64,000 nucleotides of DNA, from positions 2,034 to 66,033 of the forward strand of contig PQAE01000005.1 in assembly GCA_003104935.1 (NCBI GenBank), in the 5' to 3' direction. The translations under genes were made by a program, and so were the position numbers. The stretch's first letter is position 1. Each line of letters opens with the position of its first letter. Below, piece by piece: positions 38,326 to 49,200 of this stretch. The DNA comes from Parcubacteria group bacterium. GTDB taxonomy: Bacteria > Patescibacteriota > Patescibacteriia > UBA1558 > GWA2-36-10. The notes under the pieces were generated by a model. It saw nothing but the letters and a program-made list of their open reading frames with translations. It was not told the DNA's origin and searched no databases.

Positions 38326-38893
38326 AAATCCCTACGAGCGTTTTTATGGCCGGTTTGCTTTATTTTGGACGGCCTTCTTGGTTATGGCGGGCTGGGCGGT
38401 TAAAAGTATGACCGATGAGACGGGCGCGCTGATTGCAGTGATTTTTTTTGTGATCATTTTAGCAATATTATTATCTAACCGTTGGGTGGTAAATAAAACT
38501 TATTTTGGTCACAGCAACTTATTTTTTAAAACCATGTTTCCTATTGGAAGAATTAAGAGAATTTACCTATCTAAACTCCCTAATGATCCGCGGGTTTTAG
38601 ATCGGGCCCTATTAATGAATGAGATCGTTAGCGCCGGTTCGCTCGCGGCGCGCCTAGGATCATCACCGGTATTGAATAAGGAAGAAATAAAATATATGGC
38701 GGAAAAATATTCCCCAGTGCAGATTTGGATAGAAGTGATTAATCCTAATGGTCAAGCAATATCTTGGCCCTTGGCTGAAAAAAGCAAACAAGCCAGGTCG
38801 ATGGGGTTAGGAGCACTAAAGAAATGTTTGTATAAATTGGAAAGGCAACTGCCGGCAGCAACTATCGACCCTGGGGTGTTTCAATATTTATAA
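38297..38893 (+). CDS. Hypothetical 2-TM membrane protein
   Basis: Two N-terminal hydrophobic helices; overlaps the murE end. Confidence 0.6.
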   Translation: MIQQRLKQNRNPYERFYGRFALFWTAFLVMAGWAVKSMTDETGALIAVIFFVIILAILLSNRWVVNKTYFGHSNLFFKTMFPIGRIKRIYLSKLPNDPRVLDRALLMNEIVSAGSLAARLGSSPVLNKEEIKYMAEKYSPVQIWIEVINPNGQAISWPLAEKSKQARSMGLGALKKCLYKLERQLPAATIDPGVFQYL

Positions 38894-38899
38894 AAAAAT

Positions 38900-38926
38900 G
38901 CCCTGTCGCATCAGACGCGGCAGGGC
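38900..38926. terminator. Bidirectional terminator of the shared GCRTCAGACGC family
   Basis: GCCCTGTCGCAT-CAG-ACGCGGCAGGGC flanked by A and T runs. Confidence 0.75.
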
Positions 38927-38945
38927 TTTTTTTGAAGACGCTTTT

Positions 38946-39488
38946 TCAAGCGCCAATGATTTCGTCGATCAGACCAAACTTCAGAGCTTCCTCGGGAAAC
39001 AACTCTTTTTCTCGGCGGCATAGGGCCCGCACCTCACGCATGCTGCGGCAAGTCCGCCGACAGAGGAGTTGGTACGTACGCTGAGAGTAGCGGTCTTGCT
39101 CGGCCATAGCCCGTGAGCGTTTGGTTTGAGACACCACGGTGTTAAAGCTGATCTTCCAGAAGACCGGATCGTGGATCAGGAGCCGAGTCTGGGCACAGGC
39201 CTGGCGATGGGTGCAAGCCTGTAGTATCACCGCGGCCATAGACTGGCAAAGACCAATAGCTTTGCCGGTTGTTTTGCCCGGGTATGCCAACAGAGAATCA
39301 ATGACGAAAAGACCGTTGAGCAAATTGCCGCCGGTGCTACTAATCAGTACCGTGATCTCCGGCGATCCCCTACTCATCAGGCGCGGTATGCTTTCCCGAA
39401 CGTACACGGCCATATCGTCATCTACTTCGCCGGCCAAATCGATCAGGTTGGCGTCAAGAAGCGTAGTTTGGTCAATGGTAAGAGCCAA
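38946..39488 (-). CDS. Divergent ClpP-family protease (islet)
   Basis: ISSTGG, catalytic Ser CQSMAA, His LIHDP, EALKFGLIDEI; SD GGAGG; promoter TTGACA-17-TAGGAT. Confidence 0.85.
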   Translation of the reverse strand: MALTIDQTTLLDANLIDLAGEVDDDMAVYVRESIPRLMSRGSPEITVLISSTGGNLLNGLFVIDSLLAYPGKTTGKAIGLCQSMAAVILQACTHRQACAQTRLLIHDPVFWKISFNTVVSQTKRSRAMAEQDRYSQRTYQLLCRRTCRSMREVRALCRREKELFPEEALKFGLIDEIIGA

Positions 39489-39633
39489 GGCACACCTCCG
39501 ACAGCTAGGGCGAAGAGTCTTCGAGTGGCCAGAACCACTTAATCCTAAAGTTAATATAGTTTATTGTCAAAATTTTGATAAGTAAAAGGGGTGGACCGTG
39601 GTCCACCCTTTGTCTTCTCAGCCGTGCCCAGGA

Positions 39634-40146
39634 CTATTGCTGATACAAGGTTTTCACATTACCCCAGGAAGCGGATTGGACAGCCAGCGGTGTGCAGTCG
39701 ACAGGTCGGCTGGAGGCATCGAGAAAGCGGAAGCCGGCGGCGGCTTGCGCACTACCATTAAGGACCCCATCGTCGATGAGGTCATTGCAGGCATTATGCC
39801 CGAGCTCGCCGTAAGCGACGATGGTTGTGCCACAAGCCCCGATCACGCCCTCGCCGGAAGCCGGCGGAAAGTAACAGAAAGCGTAGTCATTTGTCGATCC
39901 GATCCGAGTGGCAATGAGTTCGGTGTTGTCGAATTCACTACTCTTGACCCAGACGGTCAGAACCGGAGGCAGGGGCTCCAAAGTGACTCCACGGAGCTCG
40001 GCGCAGGTAGTACCGGCCACGGGGATGTTCCAGTGAGTCGGGGTGTGAGTCGCAGCAACTACCCACAAAGCAGCCGGCCCATTGGTCGCCATGCAAGGCA
40101 AAGCGCCAAACCCGAGGATGATAGCAAAAACCATAAGCCGTTTCAT
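39634..40146 (-). CDS. Secreted protein ending in SWGNVKTLY (islet)
   Basis: Signal peptide, several Cys, C-terminal motif; promoter ~40281-40309; terminator 39584-39610. Confidence 0.72.
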   Translation of the reverse strand: MKRLMVFAIILGFGALPCMATNGPAALWVVAATHTPTHWNIPVAGTTCAELRGVTLEPLPPVLTVWVKSSEFDNTELIATRIGSTNDYAFCYFPPASGEGVIGACGTTIVAYGELGHNACNDLIDDGVLNGSAQAAAGFRFLDASSRPVDCTPLAVQSASWGNVKTLYQQ

Positions 40147-40390
40147 GACTTGGCCTTTCTGGATTTATGACACCGAGTGCTGAGGACAAATCGTATTGAG
40201 CAAAAGTATTTAGAGAGTTGAGGCCCTCCTCTGGTTTGGTTTGTGAATATAAAAGAGCAATGACTCAAATTACATTTGGTGTATTACCATATTTACTAAT
40301 TATTGTCAATGGGTAAAATTATTATCCCTTTAATCCATATTTAAATTTTTATTAACTGTGTTATAATTTATTTGTAAAACAACTAAACAT

Positions 40391-41650
40391 ATGAAAAAAT
40401 TATTATTTTTAGGCATTATTTCCCTGTTTATCCTTACGGGATGTTTTCTGCCGGACGGCGTCGAGCGCGCAGAAGACTTTGATCAGCCAGATATTAAAAA
40501 AGAGTTTTGTGGCGTGCAACTGAGTTTCCAGTATTGCAAGTGCGCCTTTCACGGACAGTATTGTCAGGATATAGGCATGAGTAAAAAAGAAGCTCAAAAG
40601 TATGTTGATGAGGAATATGAAAAATGGCTTGGTACCAAGCGGGAAGAATTTACCAAAAACTGTCAGGCCGCCAACGGATATTTTCAGGATGATAAGTGTA
40701 ATTATTGTGAGCAGGGTTTAATCGCTGGTGAAACATCGTGCGAACAGGATAGCTTAGGCACCGATGATCAGGACGGCACGGAAGAGGAGTTGGTTAATTT
40801 ACCTGACGGGCCATATAATGAAGACTGCACCATTAATACCGAGGAATATGACCGTGATTGGAAAAAATATTCGGATATTGATAATGCTATCGCGCCCACG
40901 GACCGTAGCTACGAAGCCCAGCAGGCGCTTAAGGCCTATGAAAGCATGATCGTCAAATTAACGGAAACTTTTGAACTGCAACGCGATATAGAAATAGAAG
41001 ATCAAATGCAAGCCGACCTTGACGAGTATCGCCAGGCTATAGTACAAAACCAAAAAACCAATTTACTCAAAGCTTTTTGGCGCTTGAGCTGGGTGACTTT
41101 CACTACCATCAAGAGTGGCACTACGGCCGGCAAGTCGTTTAGTAATTTACTCACCAGTTCTGGCAACGCAGTGCAAAATATCGGCTCGGCACTAAAGACT
41201 TTTCAGGCCACGGTACCGGCCAGCTCTGATCTGGCAATCGATAAGTCCACGCTATTGGGCAAAGCAGAAGTAGCGGGCGCCAAGACCGCCTTAGAGGCGG
41301 TGGAATCTTTAGGTGATCCGGGCAAAGTGGTAGCGCGTTTGATCAAAACCGCCGGCGAGGCTTCCCTACCCTCGGCAAATATCAGCGAAGCAGAGATAAA
41401 TGTCCTAAAACAACAACAGATTGATAAAAATGTCGTGAACCAGGTTTTAGCCAATAGCCGAGCGGCTAACAGTGAACGCCAGTCAAAGATAACGGTCTTG
41501 GAATCAGAAATTAAAACTCTGGAAGGGCAGATAGTCGAATGGGAAAACAAGGAAAAGCAAAGGGTGGCCACGGCCCTGGAAGAAAGCTGTTTGAAATTGA
41601 CTAACCCGGAACCAGTGCCGCCTGAAGATAGCGACGATGTATCACAATAG
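40391..41650 (+). CDS. Lipoprotein with Cys-rich N-terminus and long helical region
   Basis: Lipobox ILTGC, clustered Cys, coiled coils. Confidence 0.75.
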   Translation: MKKLLFLGIISLFILTGCFLPDGVERAEDFDQPDIKKEFCGVQLSFQYCKCAFHGQYCQDIGMSKKEAQKYVDEEYEKWLGTKREEFTKNCQAANGYFQDDKCNYCEQGLIAGETSCEQDSLGTDDQDGTEEELVNLPDGPYNEDCTINTEEYDRDWKKYSDIDNAIAPTDRSYEAQQALKAYESMIVKLTETFELQRDIEIEDQMQADLDEYRQAIVQNQKTNLLKAFWRLSWVTFTTIKSGTTAGKSFSNLLTSSGNAVQNIGSALKTFQATVPASSDLAIDKSTLLGKAEVAGAKTALEAVESLGDPGKVVARLIKTAGEASLPSANISEAEINVLKQQQIDKNVVNQVLANSRAANSERQSKITVLESEIKTLEGQIVEWENKEKQRVATALEESCLKLTNPEPVPPEDSDDVSQ

Positions 41651-41720
41651 ACAAAATAACAAATAAGCCCTGCCGCATCTGATCGAGTTTAGCTCGAACG
41701 AGCGACAGGGCTTTTCTGAT

Positions 41721-42041
41721 TCAGAGGCCGCTGATAGTGAGTTCGCCGTTTTTATCGGCGAGACTATAACTACCCTGGGCCATGATCGTCATCTGAGGCA
41801 GGGCCGGACAGTCAACTTGTCCGTTGAAAAACAACCATCCATGGTCATCGAGGAGAAGTCGAGAAAAGCGAGTAACTCTTATCCACTCGCCCAACTGCCG
41901 CGCGGGTGTATTTAGCGGACTGGCGTTTTCAACATGGAAGATCAAAAACCGCAGTTGGGGATGGCGGCGCGCATAGATAGTCAGGCGTAGCTGGGGGCCG
42001 CTAATAATCACAAAGCTTAAAACTCGGTAAGAGTCGGACAT
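41721..42041 (-). CDS. Hypothetical ~106-aa protein (islet)
   Basis: SD AAGGAGAG before ATG at 42041; terminator 41667-41711. Confidence 0.55.
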   Translation of the reverse strand: MSDSYRVLSFVIISGPQLRLTIYARRHPQLRFLIFHVENASPLNTPARQLGEWIRVTRFSRLLLDDHGWLFFNGQVDCPALPQMTIMAQGSYSLADKNGELTISGL

Positions 42042-42100
42042 AGTCTCTCTCCTTGTCTGCAAGGGTACAAAAAACGAAAATAGCTTACAATATTTTAAAG

Positions 42101-42233
42101 AAAATGAAAAGGCGAGTACCGAAGTACTCGCCCGAACGCGACCGAAGTCGCATTTAAGGCCCGAAGGCCAGTTGATATCCTGCCCGCTGCCGCGGCAGGA
42201 TGTGCGATTACTCTTCCATTCGGAAAAGTAATC
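42101..42233 (-). ncRNA. Candidate five-hairpin RNA with three cUUCGg tetraloops
   Basis: TTGACA-16-TATGAT promoter 42236-42263; tandem hairpins; last one followed by TTTTCATTTT. Confidence 0.68.
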
Positions 42234-42745
42234 ATATCATAGCATAAATTTGTGTTTTGTCAATACTTTGATTTACGTAATAAATAAATTGTTTTACTCA
42301 CTTGTGCATAACCTGTAGTTAACCAAAGCATATATGTGCATAATTTTAACTAACATAAGGCAAAAAACACAATTTATTGAAACAGAAAACAAGATGGTTT
42401 GACAACTTTTTTACTTTATACATATTGATAAGTTGGCTAATATTAGCTTAAATATTTAAATTTTTTGATGATTTTCTATCCTAACCAGTTAAACACTTGA
42501 CAGGAGCAGCTAGTTTTGATATCATGAGCACATGAAATTTTTTTGGACTAGTCTATTTTAGTCTCAAAATAATAATAACTTGTTAGCCTTAGGGCCGATG
42601 AGTTTATTTTTTTGCGCTTAAATTTATTTCTATAGTTATCGGACTCCGACGATAAATTTGACTGCTATTTATTTAACAAATAAGTAAGTATTTATAACTG
42701 ATTCAGCTGATCGCGGCGGAGACAGTTATAAAAAGTCAAAAAACT

Positions 42746-45700
42746 ATGCCCCAACAAAGAAATCTCACCCCTCGCCAGTATTTTACCAAGCTGGGAGAGG
42801 CGCTGCCTTTAACTGATCTCATCGAGGTACAGAAGAAATCCTATGAGTGGTTGTTTGCCCACGGTTTGCAACAGCTTTTTGAGGAAATTTCGCCGATTAA
42901 GGACTTTATCGGTCGTGACCTAGAGCTTTATCTCTTGGATTATTTTTTGGACGAGCCAAAATTTGACGAGGTAACGGCCAAGAATAAAAACATTACTTTT
43001 GAGGCGCCCCTGCGCGTCAATGTCCGGTTGGTCAATAAGCGTACTAACGAGGCTAAAGAACAGGAAATATACTTAGGGGATTTTCCGCTGATGACGGACC
43101 GCGGCACTTTCATTATCAACGGCGTGGAAAGAGTAGTGGTTTCCCAACTGATTCGTAGCGCCGGGGTATTTTTTAGCTCCGCTTCTATCCGGGGAAGAAA
43201 ATATTACAGCGCCAAAGTCATTCCTAACCGTGGCGCCTGGCTGGAATTAGAAACGGACACTAATAATGTTATTTATGTGAAGATCGACCGCAAGCGCAAG
43301 GTGCCGGTGACCGCGCTCTTGCGTGCTTTTGGTTATGCTAGTGATGAAGAATTACTCGGGCTATTTAAGGATGTTGATATTCACTCCGAGATCCAGTTTA
43401 TTAAGAGCACCATTGAAAAAGATATTTCCAAGAACGAAGCCGACGGACTGAAAGAAGTTTATCGCCGTATCCGTCCGGGCGATTTAGCCACCACGGAAAA
43501 TGCTCGCAGTTTAATCCACTCCATGTTTTTTGATTTTGACCGCTATGATTTTGATCGGGTGGGACGTTATAAAATAAACGCCCGTTTTGGTTTTGATATT
43601 CCCAACACCAAAGAAACTAGAGTGTTGCGTCGCGAGGACTTGGTGGCGGTTATTAAGGAAATTATAAAATTAAATCTATCTCAGGAGGATGCCGACGACA
43701 TCGATCACCTAGGTAATAGACGCGTGCGGGCTATCGGTGAACTAGTGCAAAACAGATTCCGCATCGGACTGGCGCGTATGGAGCGGATCATTAAAGACCG
43801 TATGAGCACACTGGATATTAATACCCTTACCCCCAACCAATTGATCAACGCCCGACCGGTTATCGGTGTGATTAAAGAGTTTTTTATGAGTTCTCAGCTT
43901 TCTCAATTCATGGATCAGGTCAATCCGCTGGCCGAGTTGGAGCATAAAAGACGTTTGTCGGCTATGGGTCCGGGCGGTCTGTCCCGGGAGCGGGCCGGTT
44001 TTGAGGTGCGCGACGTACACCGTACCCACTACGGACGTATCTGTCCGATAGCCACCCCAGAAGGACCAAACATCGGCCTGGTCGGACACCTGGCGTCTTA
44101 TGCCCGGGTCAATGATTTTGGATTTATTGAAACACCGTTTAGAAAAGTGTGGCACGATATAGACAACGACGCCAAATTATCCAGCGGTAAAACCCTTCGC
44201 CAGGACATCATTGATCCCGCTACCAAAAGAGTGTTGGCCAAGACCGGCGAGACTATTAGTGCCACTCTCGCCAAGGAAATTGAAAAAAATAATAAAATTA
44301 CCAGTATCGCCATTAAGCCGGTGGTAACTAATGAGGTGGTTTATCTCGATGCTTTTGAAGAAGAAAAATACAACACCGCTCCTGCTACTACACCACTAAC
44401 TCCCGAAGACCACTTTGTGAACGATTATGCGGAGATGCGCGTCAAAGGTAATCCTACTTTTGACAGTGTAAATAATATTGATCTATTGGACGTAGCGCCG
44501 AACCAAATTATTTCAATCGCTACCTCACTTATTCCTTTTCTGGAACACGATGATGCAGTGCGTGCTTTGATGGGCACGAATATGCAGCGCCAATCTATTT
44601 CCGTCATTCGCCCCGAATCGCCTATTGTCGGCACCGGCATTGAAGCGAAAGCCGCTATGGACTCTGGTCAGGTGGTGGTAGCTAAAGAGGATGGTGAGGT
44701 GACTACCGTTGATAGCCGCCGCATCGAAGTGACCAACAAAAAAGGCGTGGCGATGATTTACAATTTGAATAAATTTGCCCGCTCCAATACTTCTACCAGC
44801 ATGAATCAACACCCCATCGTGAATAAAGGGGATAAGATTAAAAAAGGTGAGGTGATTGCCGATGGTGCCGCTACAGACAAAGGTGAATTGGCTTTGGGTC
44901 AAAATATGCTGGTGGCCTACATGACTTGGGACGGCGGAAACTATGAAGATGCTATATTAATTTCCGAGCGAGTCGTACGCAACGACAATTATACCTCTAT
45001 CAGTATTGAAGACTATACTATTGATGTTCGTGATACCAAGCTCGGTCCGGAAGTAGTCACTCGCGATATTCCTAATGTCAGTGAAGAAAAATTAAAAGAT
45101 TTGGACCGTGAAGGCGTGATTCACATCGGTGCCAACGTTTCCTCGGGAGATATTTTAGTCGGTAAAATTACCCCCAAGGGCGAAACTGAATTATCCGCCG
45201 AAGAAAAGTTATTGCGGGCAATTTTTGGTGAGAAAGCTAAGGACGTCCGCGATACTTCTCTTTATCTCAAACATGGCGAGCGCGGCAAAGTGATTGGCAT
45301 CAAGATTTTTTCCCGCGACAAAGGGGATAAATTATCGGCGGGAGTGATTAAGAGTATTCAGGTAACCGTTGCTCAACTTCGCAAGATCCAGGTCGGCGAC
45401 AAGATGGCCGGCCGTCACGGTAATAAAGGCGTTATTTCTCGGGTTGTGTCCGAAGCCGACATGCCTTTTTTAGCCGACGGAACCCCGGTAGATATTATTT
45501 TAAATCCCTTGGGCATTATCTCCCGTATGAATCTGGGACAACTCTTGGAAACCCACCTGGGTTTTGCCGCCCGCACCCTGGGCTATAAGGTAGCTAGTCC
45601 GGCCTTAAATGGTGTTTCTGAGCAAGTCATCCGGGAACAGCTGGTCAAAGCCGGTTTACCGGAAGACGGTAAAATCCAGCTTTATGACGGGCGTACTGGC

Positions 45701-46189
45701 CGGCCTTTCGGTGATAAGACCGCTGTGGGTGTGGCCTATATGCTGAAGTTAAACCATTTAGTGGAAGACAAGATCCACCAGCGCTCCATCGGACCATACT
45801 CCTTGGTCACCCAGCAACCTTTGGGCGGTAAGGCGCAGTTCGGTGGCCAGCGTTTTGGAGAAATGGAAGTTTGGGCACTGGAAGCTTATGGTGTGGCCAG
45901 CACTTTGCAGGAGATGCTAACCATCAAATCTGATGATGTACCGGGGCGTTCTAAGGCTTATGAAAGTATCATCAAAGGTGAACAAATAACCCGTCTAAAC
46001 ATCCCCGAATCATTCAACGTGTTGGTCCGGGAATTAAAAGGTCTGTGTTTGGACGTAGATCTGATCGGCAAACGCGAGCGCGTGATCAAAAGCGTGGAAG
46101 AAGATATCAAAGAAACCCTGGAGCAAGAAGCGCCGGTTGTTAATGACGCCAGTGCTGCCGCCGCCAGCGAAGAAGCCGACACCAATTAA
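42746..46189 (+). CDS. rpoB: RNA polymerase beta subunit
   Basis: GDKMAGRHGNKG, GGQRFGEMEVWALE. Confidence 0.99.
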   Translation: MPQQRNLTPRQYFTKLGEALPLTDLIEVQKKSYEWLFAHGLQQLFEEISPIKDFIGRDLELYLLDYFLDEPKFDEVTAKNKNITFEAPLRVNVRLVNKRTNEAKEQEIYLGDFPLMTDRGTFIINGVERVVVSQLIRSAGVFFSSASIRGRKYYSAKVIPNRGAWLELETDTNNVIYVKIDRKRKVPVTALLRAFGYASDEELLGLFKDVDIHSEIQFIKSTIEKDISKNEADGLKEVYRRIRPGDLATTENARSLIHSMFFDFDRYDFDRVGRYKINARFGFDIPNTKETRVLRREDLVAVIKEIIKLNLSQEDADDIDHLGNRRVRAIGELVQNRFRIGLARMERIIKDRMSTLDINTLTPNQLINARPVIGVIKEFFMSSQLSQFMDQVNPLAELEHKRRLSAMGPGGLSRERAGFEVRDVHRTHYGRICPIATPEGPNIGLVGHLASYARVNDFGFIETPFRKVWHDIDNDAKLSSGKTLRQDIIDPATKRVLAKTGETISATLAKEIEKNNKITSIAIKPVVTNEVVYLDAFEEEKYNTAPATTPLTPEDHFVNDYAEMRVKGNPTFDSVNNIDLLDVAPNQIISIATSLIPFLEHDDAVRALMGTNMQRQSISVIRPESPIVGTGIEAKAAMDSGQVVVAKEDGEVTTVDSRRIEVTNKKGVAMIYNLNKFARSNTSTSMNQHPIVNKGDKIKKGEVIADGAATDKGELALGQNMLVAYMTWDGGNYEDAILISERVVRNDNYTSISIEDYTIDVRDTKLGPEVVTRDIPNVSEEKLKDLDREGVIHIGANVSSGDILVGKITPKGETELSAEEKLLRAIFGEKAKDVRDTSLYLKHGERGKVIGIKIFSRDKGDKLSAGVIKSIQVTVAQLRKIQVGDKMAGRHGNKGVISRVVSEADMPFLADGTPVDIILNPLGIISRMNLGQLLETHLGFAARTLGYKVASPALNGVSEQVIREQLVKAGLPEDGKIQLYDGRTGRPFGDKTAVGVAYMLKLNHLVEDKIHQRSIGPYSLVTQQPLGGKAQFGGQRFGEMEVWALEAYGVASTLQEMLTIKSDDVPGRSKAYESIIKGEQITRLNIPESFNVLVRELKGLCLDVDLIGKRERVIKSVEEDIKETLEQEAPVVNDASAAAASEEADTN

Positions 46190-46215
46190 AAAAATCTAAG
46201 AGTAAATAAAAGATT

Positions 46216-49200
46216 ATGCCAACCCCCTCTTCAACAAAAACAACCTTCATGGCCGCGGACAAGACCACGGTTTTAGAATTCGATGCCATCAGCTTGAAAT
46301 TGGCATCACCGGAAGACATCCACAAATGGTCGCACGGCGAAGTACTCAAGCCGGAGACCATCAACTATCGTACCCAGAAACCGGAAAAAGACGGCTTGTT
46401 TTGCGAAAAAATATTCGGCCCCACCAAAGACTGGGAATGTTATTGTGGTAAATACAAACGCATTCGTTACAAGGGCATTACTTGCGATAAGTGCGGTGTG
46501 GAAGTAACCCGGGCGGTAGTTCGCCGCGAGCGTATGGGCCACATTGATTTGGCGGCACCCGTTTCCCATATTTGGTTTTTGCGCGGTATCCCTTCAAAAA
46601 TCGGTTTAGTATTAGACCTGAGCATCCAATCACTAGAAAAAATAATTTATTTTGCGTCTTTTATAGTCACACACGTTGATGAGCCGGCCCGTCAGGAAAC
46701 CATGGACCAGATCAAGGCCGAGCTACGTAGCAAGCGCAAACAGATTGACAATGAGTTTAATCAGCGTAGCCAGGAGCTCAACAACAAAAAGGTTAAGATG
46801 CTGGCCGAAGGCCAACCTAAAGACAAGGCGGAAAAAAATGTTGAGCAGGAATTGATTAATCTTAATGTTGCTAAGGTAGATAAGATTAAAACCTTGGAAG
46901 AGGCGGCTGAGACGGCGGTTAAAGAACTCAAGGAACTTAAAGAGCTGGCGATAATTTCGGAAACAAAATATCAGGAATTAGCTTTGCGCTATGGTCATGT
47001 TTTTGAAGCCAATATCGGAGCCGAAGCGATTCACGAATTACTGAAGCGCATCAATCTCAAGCAACTTTCCGATCACCTGGATAAGGAAATATTAGAATCC
47101 ATTCCATCCAAGAAAAAGAAACTGATCCGCCGTGCCCGTTTGGTTAAAAGTTTATTAATAAATAAGATTCGGCCGGATTGGATGATTCTAGCGGCCATCC
47201 CGGTGGTGCCTCCGGATTTGCGCCCGATGGTGCAGTTAGACGGCGGACGCTTTGCCTCTTCTGATTTGAATGATTTGTATCGCCGGGTGATCAACAGAAA
47301 TAATCGTCTGAAGCGGTTAAAAGAGCTTAACGCCCCCGAGGTTATCCAGCGCAACGAAAAACGCATGTTGCAGGAAGCGGTGGATGCTTTAATTGATAAC
47401 AATGCCCGCCACGGCAAGACCGTCACCGCCTCGACCGGACAAAAAAGAACTTTAAAAAGTATCGCCGACATGCTCAAAGGTAAACAAGGGCGTTTCCGGC
47501 AAAACCTCTTGGGCAAACGCGTGGATTATTCCGGCCGTTCCGTTATCGTCATCGGCCCGCATCTGAAATTAAGTCAGTGTGGCCTACCAAAGATTATGGC
47601 CTTGGAATTATTCCGTCCTTTTGTAATTTCTAAACTGATAAAAAATGAATTAGTGCACAATGTCCGTAGCGCTAACCGCTATATTGATGCCGGCCACCCC
47701 GAGGTTTGGGCGATCCTGGAAGAAGTTACCCATGATACCCGGGTACTGCTGAATCGCGCGCCGACTTTACACCGCCTGGGTATCCAGGCTTTCCGTCCTA
47801 TTCTTATTGAGGGTAAGGCCATACAATTACACCCTCTGGTTTGCGCCGCCTTTAACGCCGACTTTGATGGAGACCAGATGGCCGTGCACGTGCCACTGAC
47901 CGAAGAAGCTAAAAATGAAGCGGAAAATATCATGGCCGCGGAAAAAAATCTACTCAAACCGGCCACCGGCGAGCCCGTCACTATTCCCAACCAAGATATT
48001 GTCTGGGGCTCTTACTATATGACTTATTTAGATGACAGTATTGAAGCCAAACGTTATTTTACCGATGAAGACGAAGCAGAAAAAGCTTTTGCAATAGATT
48101 TATTAAAACTCCAGGAGCCGATTAATGTCCGTCTCAGGAAAATGGATAATAAACTTACCAAGACTACGGTCGGGCGCATTATTTTTAATAAGATTTTGCC
48201 CGAGGAAATGCCTTTTGTTAACCACGTCTTGGATAAGAAGGGCCTAAAGAATATTGTGGCCGAAGCTTTCCGCACTTTTTCCCATACTCAAACCATCCAA
48301 CTGTTAGACGATCTAAAAGACTTAGCCTTCAAATACATCACTACTTCGGGCATGTCCTGGGGTATGGACGATGTGCCAAAACTAGAAACTAAAAAAGAAT
48401 TGATTGCCGAAGGTGAGACGCAGGTAAAAGAAATTAGAGAGCAGTTTAACAACGGCTGGCTAACTAACAATGAACGGCATATCAAGATCATAGAAGTTTG
48501 GAACCTGATCAAAAACCGTATTAAAAAACAATGCGAAGCTATTTTTAATCCCAATAACTCGGTGGCCAGTATTATCAACTCTGGTGCCCGTGGCTCTTGG
48601 GATCAACTCATCCAGATTATGGGTATTAAGGGATTGGTGATTAATCCGGCCGGCGACATCATGGAACTGCCGGTCAAAGCCAACTTTCAAGAGGGTTTAG
48701 ATGTACTGGAATACTTTATCTCCACCCATGGTACCCGTAAAGGCTTGTCCGATACCGCCTTACGTACGGCCAATGCCGGGTATCTTACCCGGCGTCTGGT
48801 GGATGTTTCCCAGGACGCGGTGGTCTTAGAAGACGATTGTGGCACTAAAGACAGTTTAATCATCACCAAATCTGACAGTAAAGATGCTCATGAGACTTTA
48901 GCGGATCGGGCAGTGGGCCGGGTCATCGCCGAAGACATCAAAGACGGCAAAAAGGCCGTGATTAAAAAAGGAACTTTGGTGACCAAAGAATTATCTCAAC
49001 ATATCGCCCATCTGGACCCGGAGCAGATTCGCGTGCGTTCCCTACTCACTTGCCAGGCCAATCGTGGCGTTTGCCAAAAGTGTTATGGTTTTGATCTGGG
49101 CTACAATAAATTAGTAGCTATCGGCACGGCCGTAGGGGTTGTAGCCGCCCAGAGTATAGGTGAACCCGGCACTCAGCTGACTATGCGTACTTTTCATACC

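Noticed and set aside
39598-40170. Plus-strand 190-aa ORF (likewise 61663-62211)
   Set aside because: Antisense shadows of GC-rich genes that have clear signal peptides.
14508-41711. Integron attC sites
   Set aside because: No RYYYAAC/GTTRRRY ends, no tandem array and no integrase in the window.
42101-42233. CRISPR array or tRNA
   Set aside because: Stems differ in sequence, there are no spacers or cas genes, and no cloverleaf forms.
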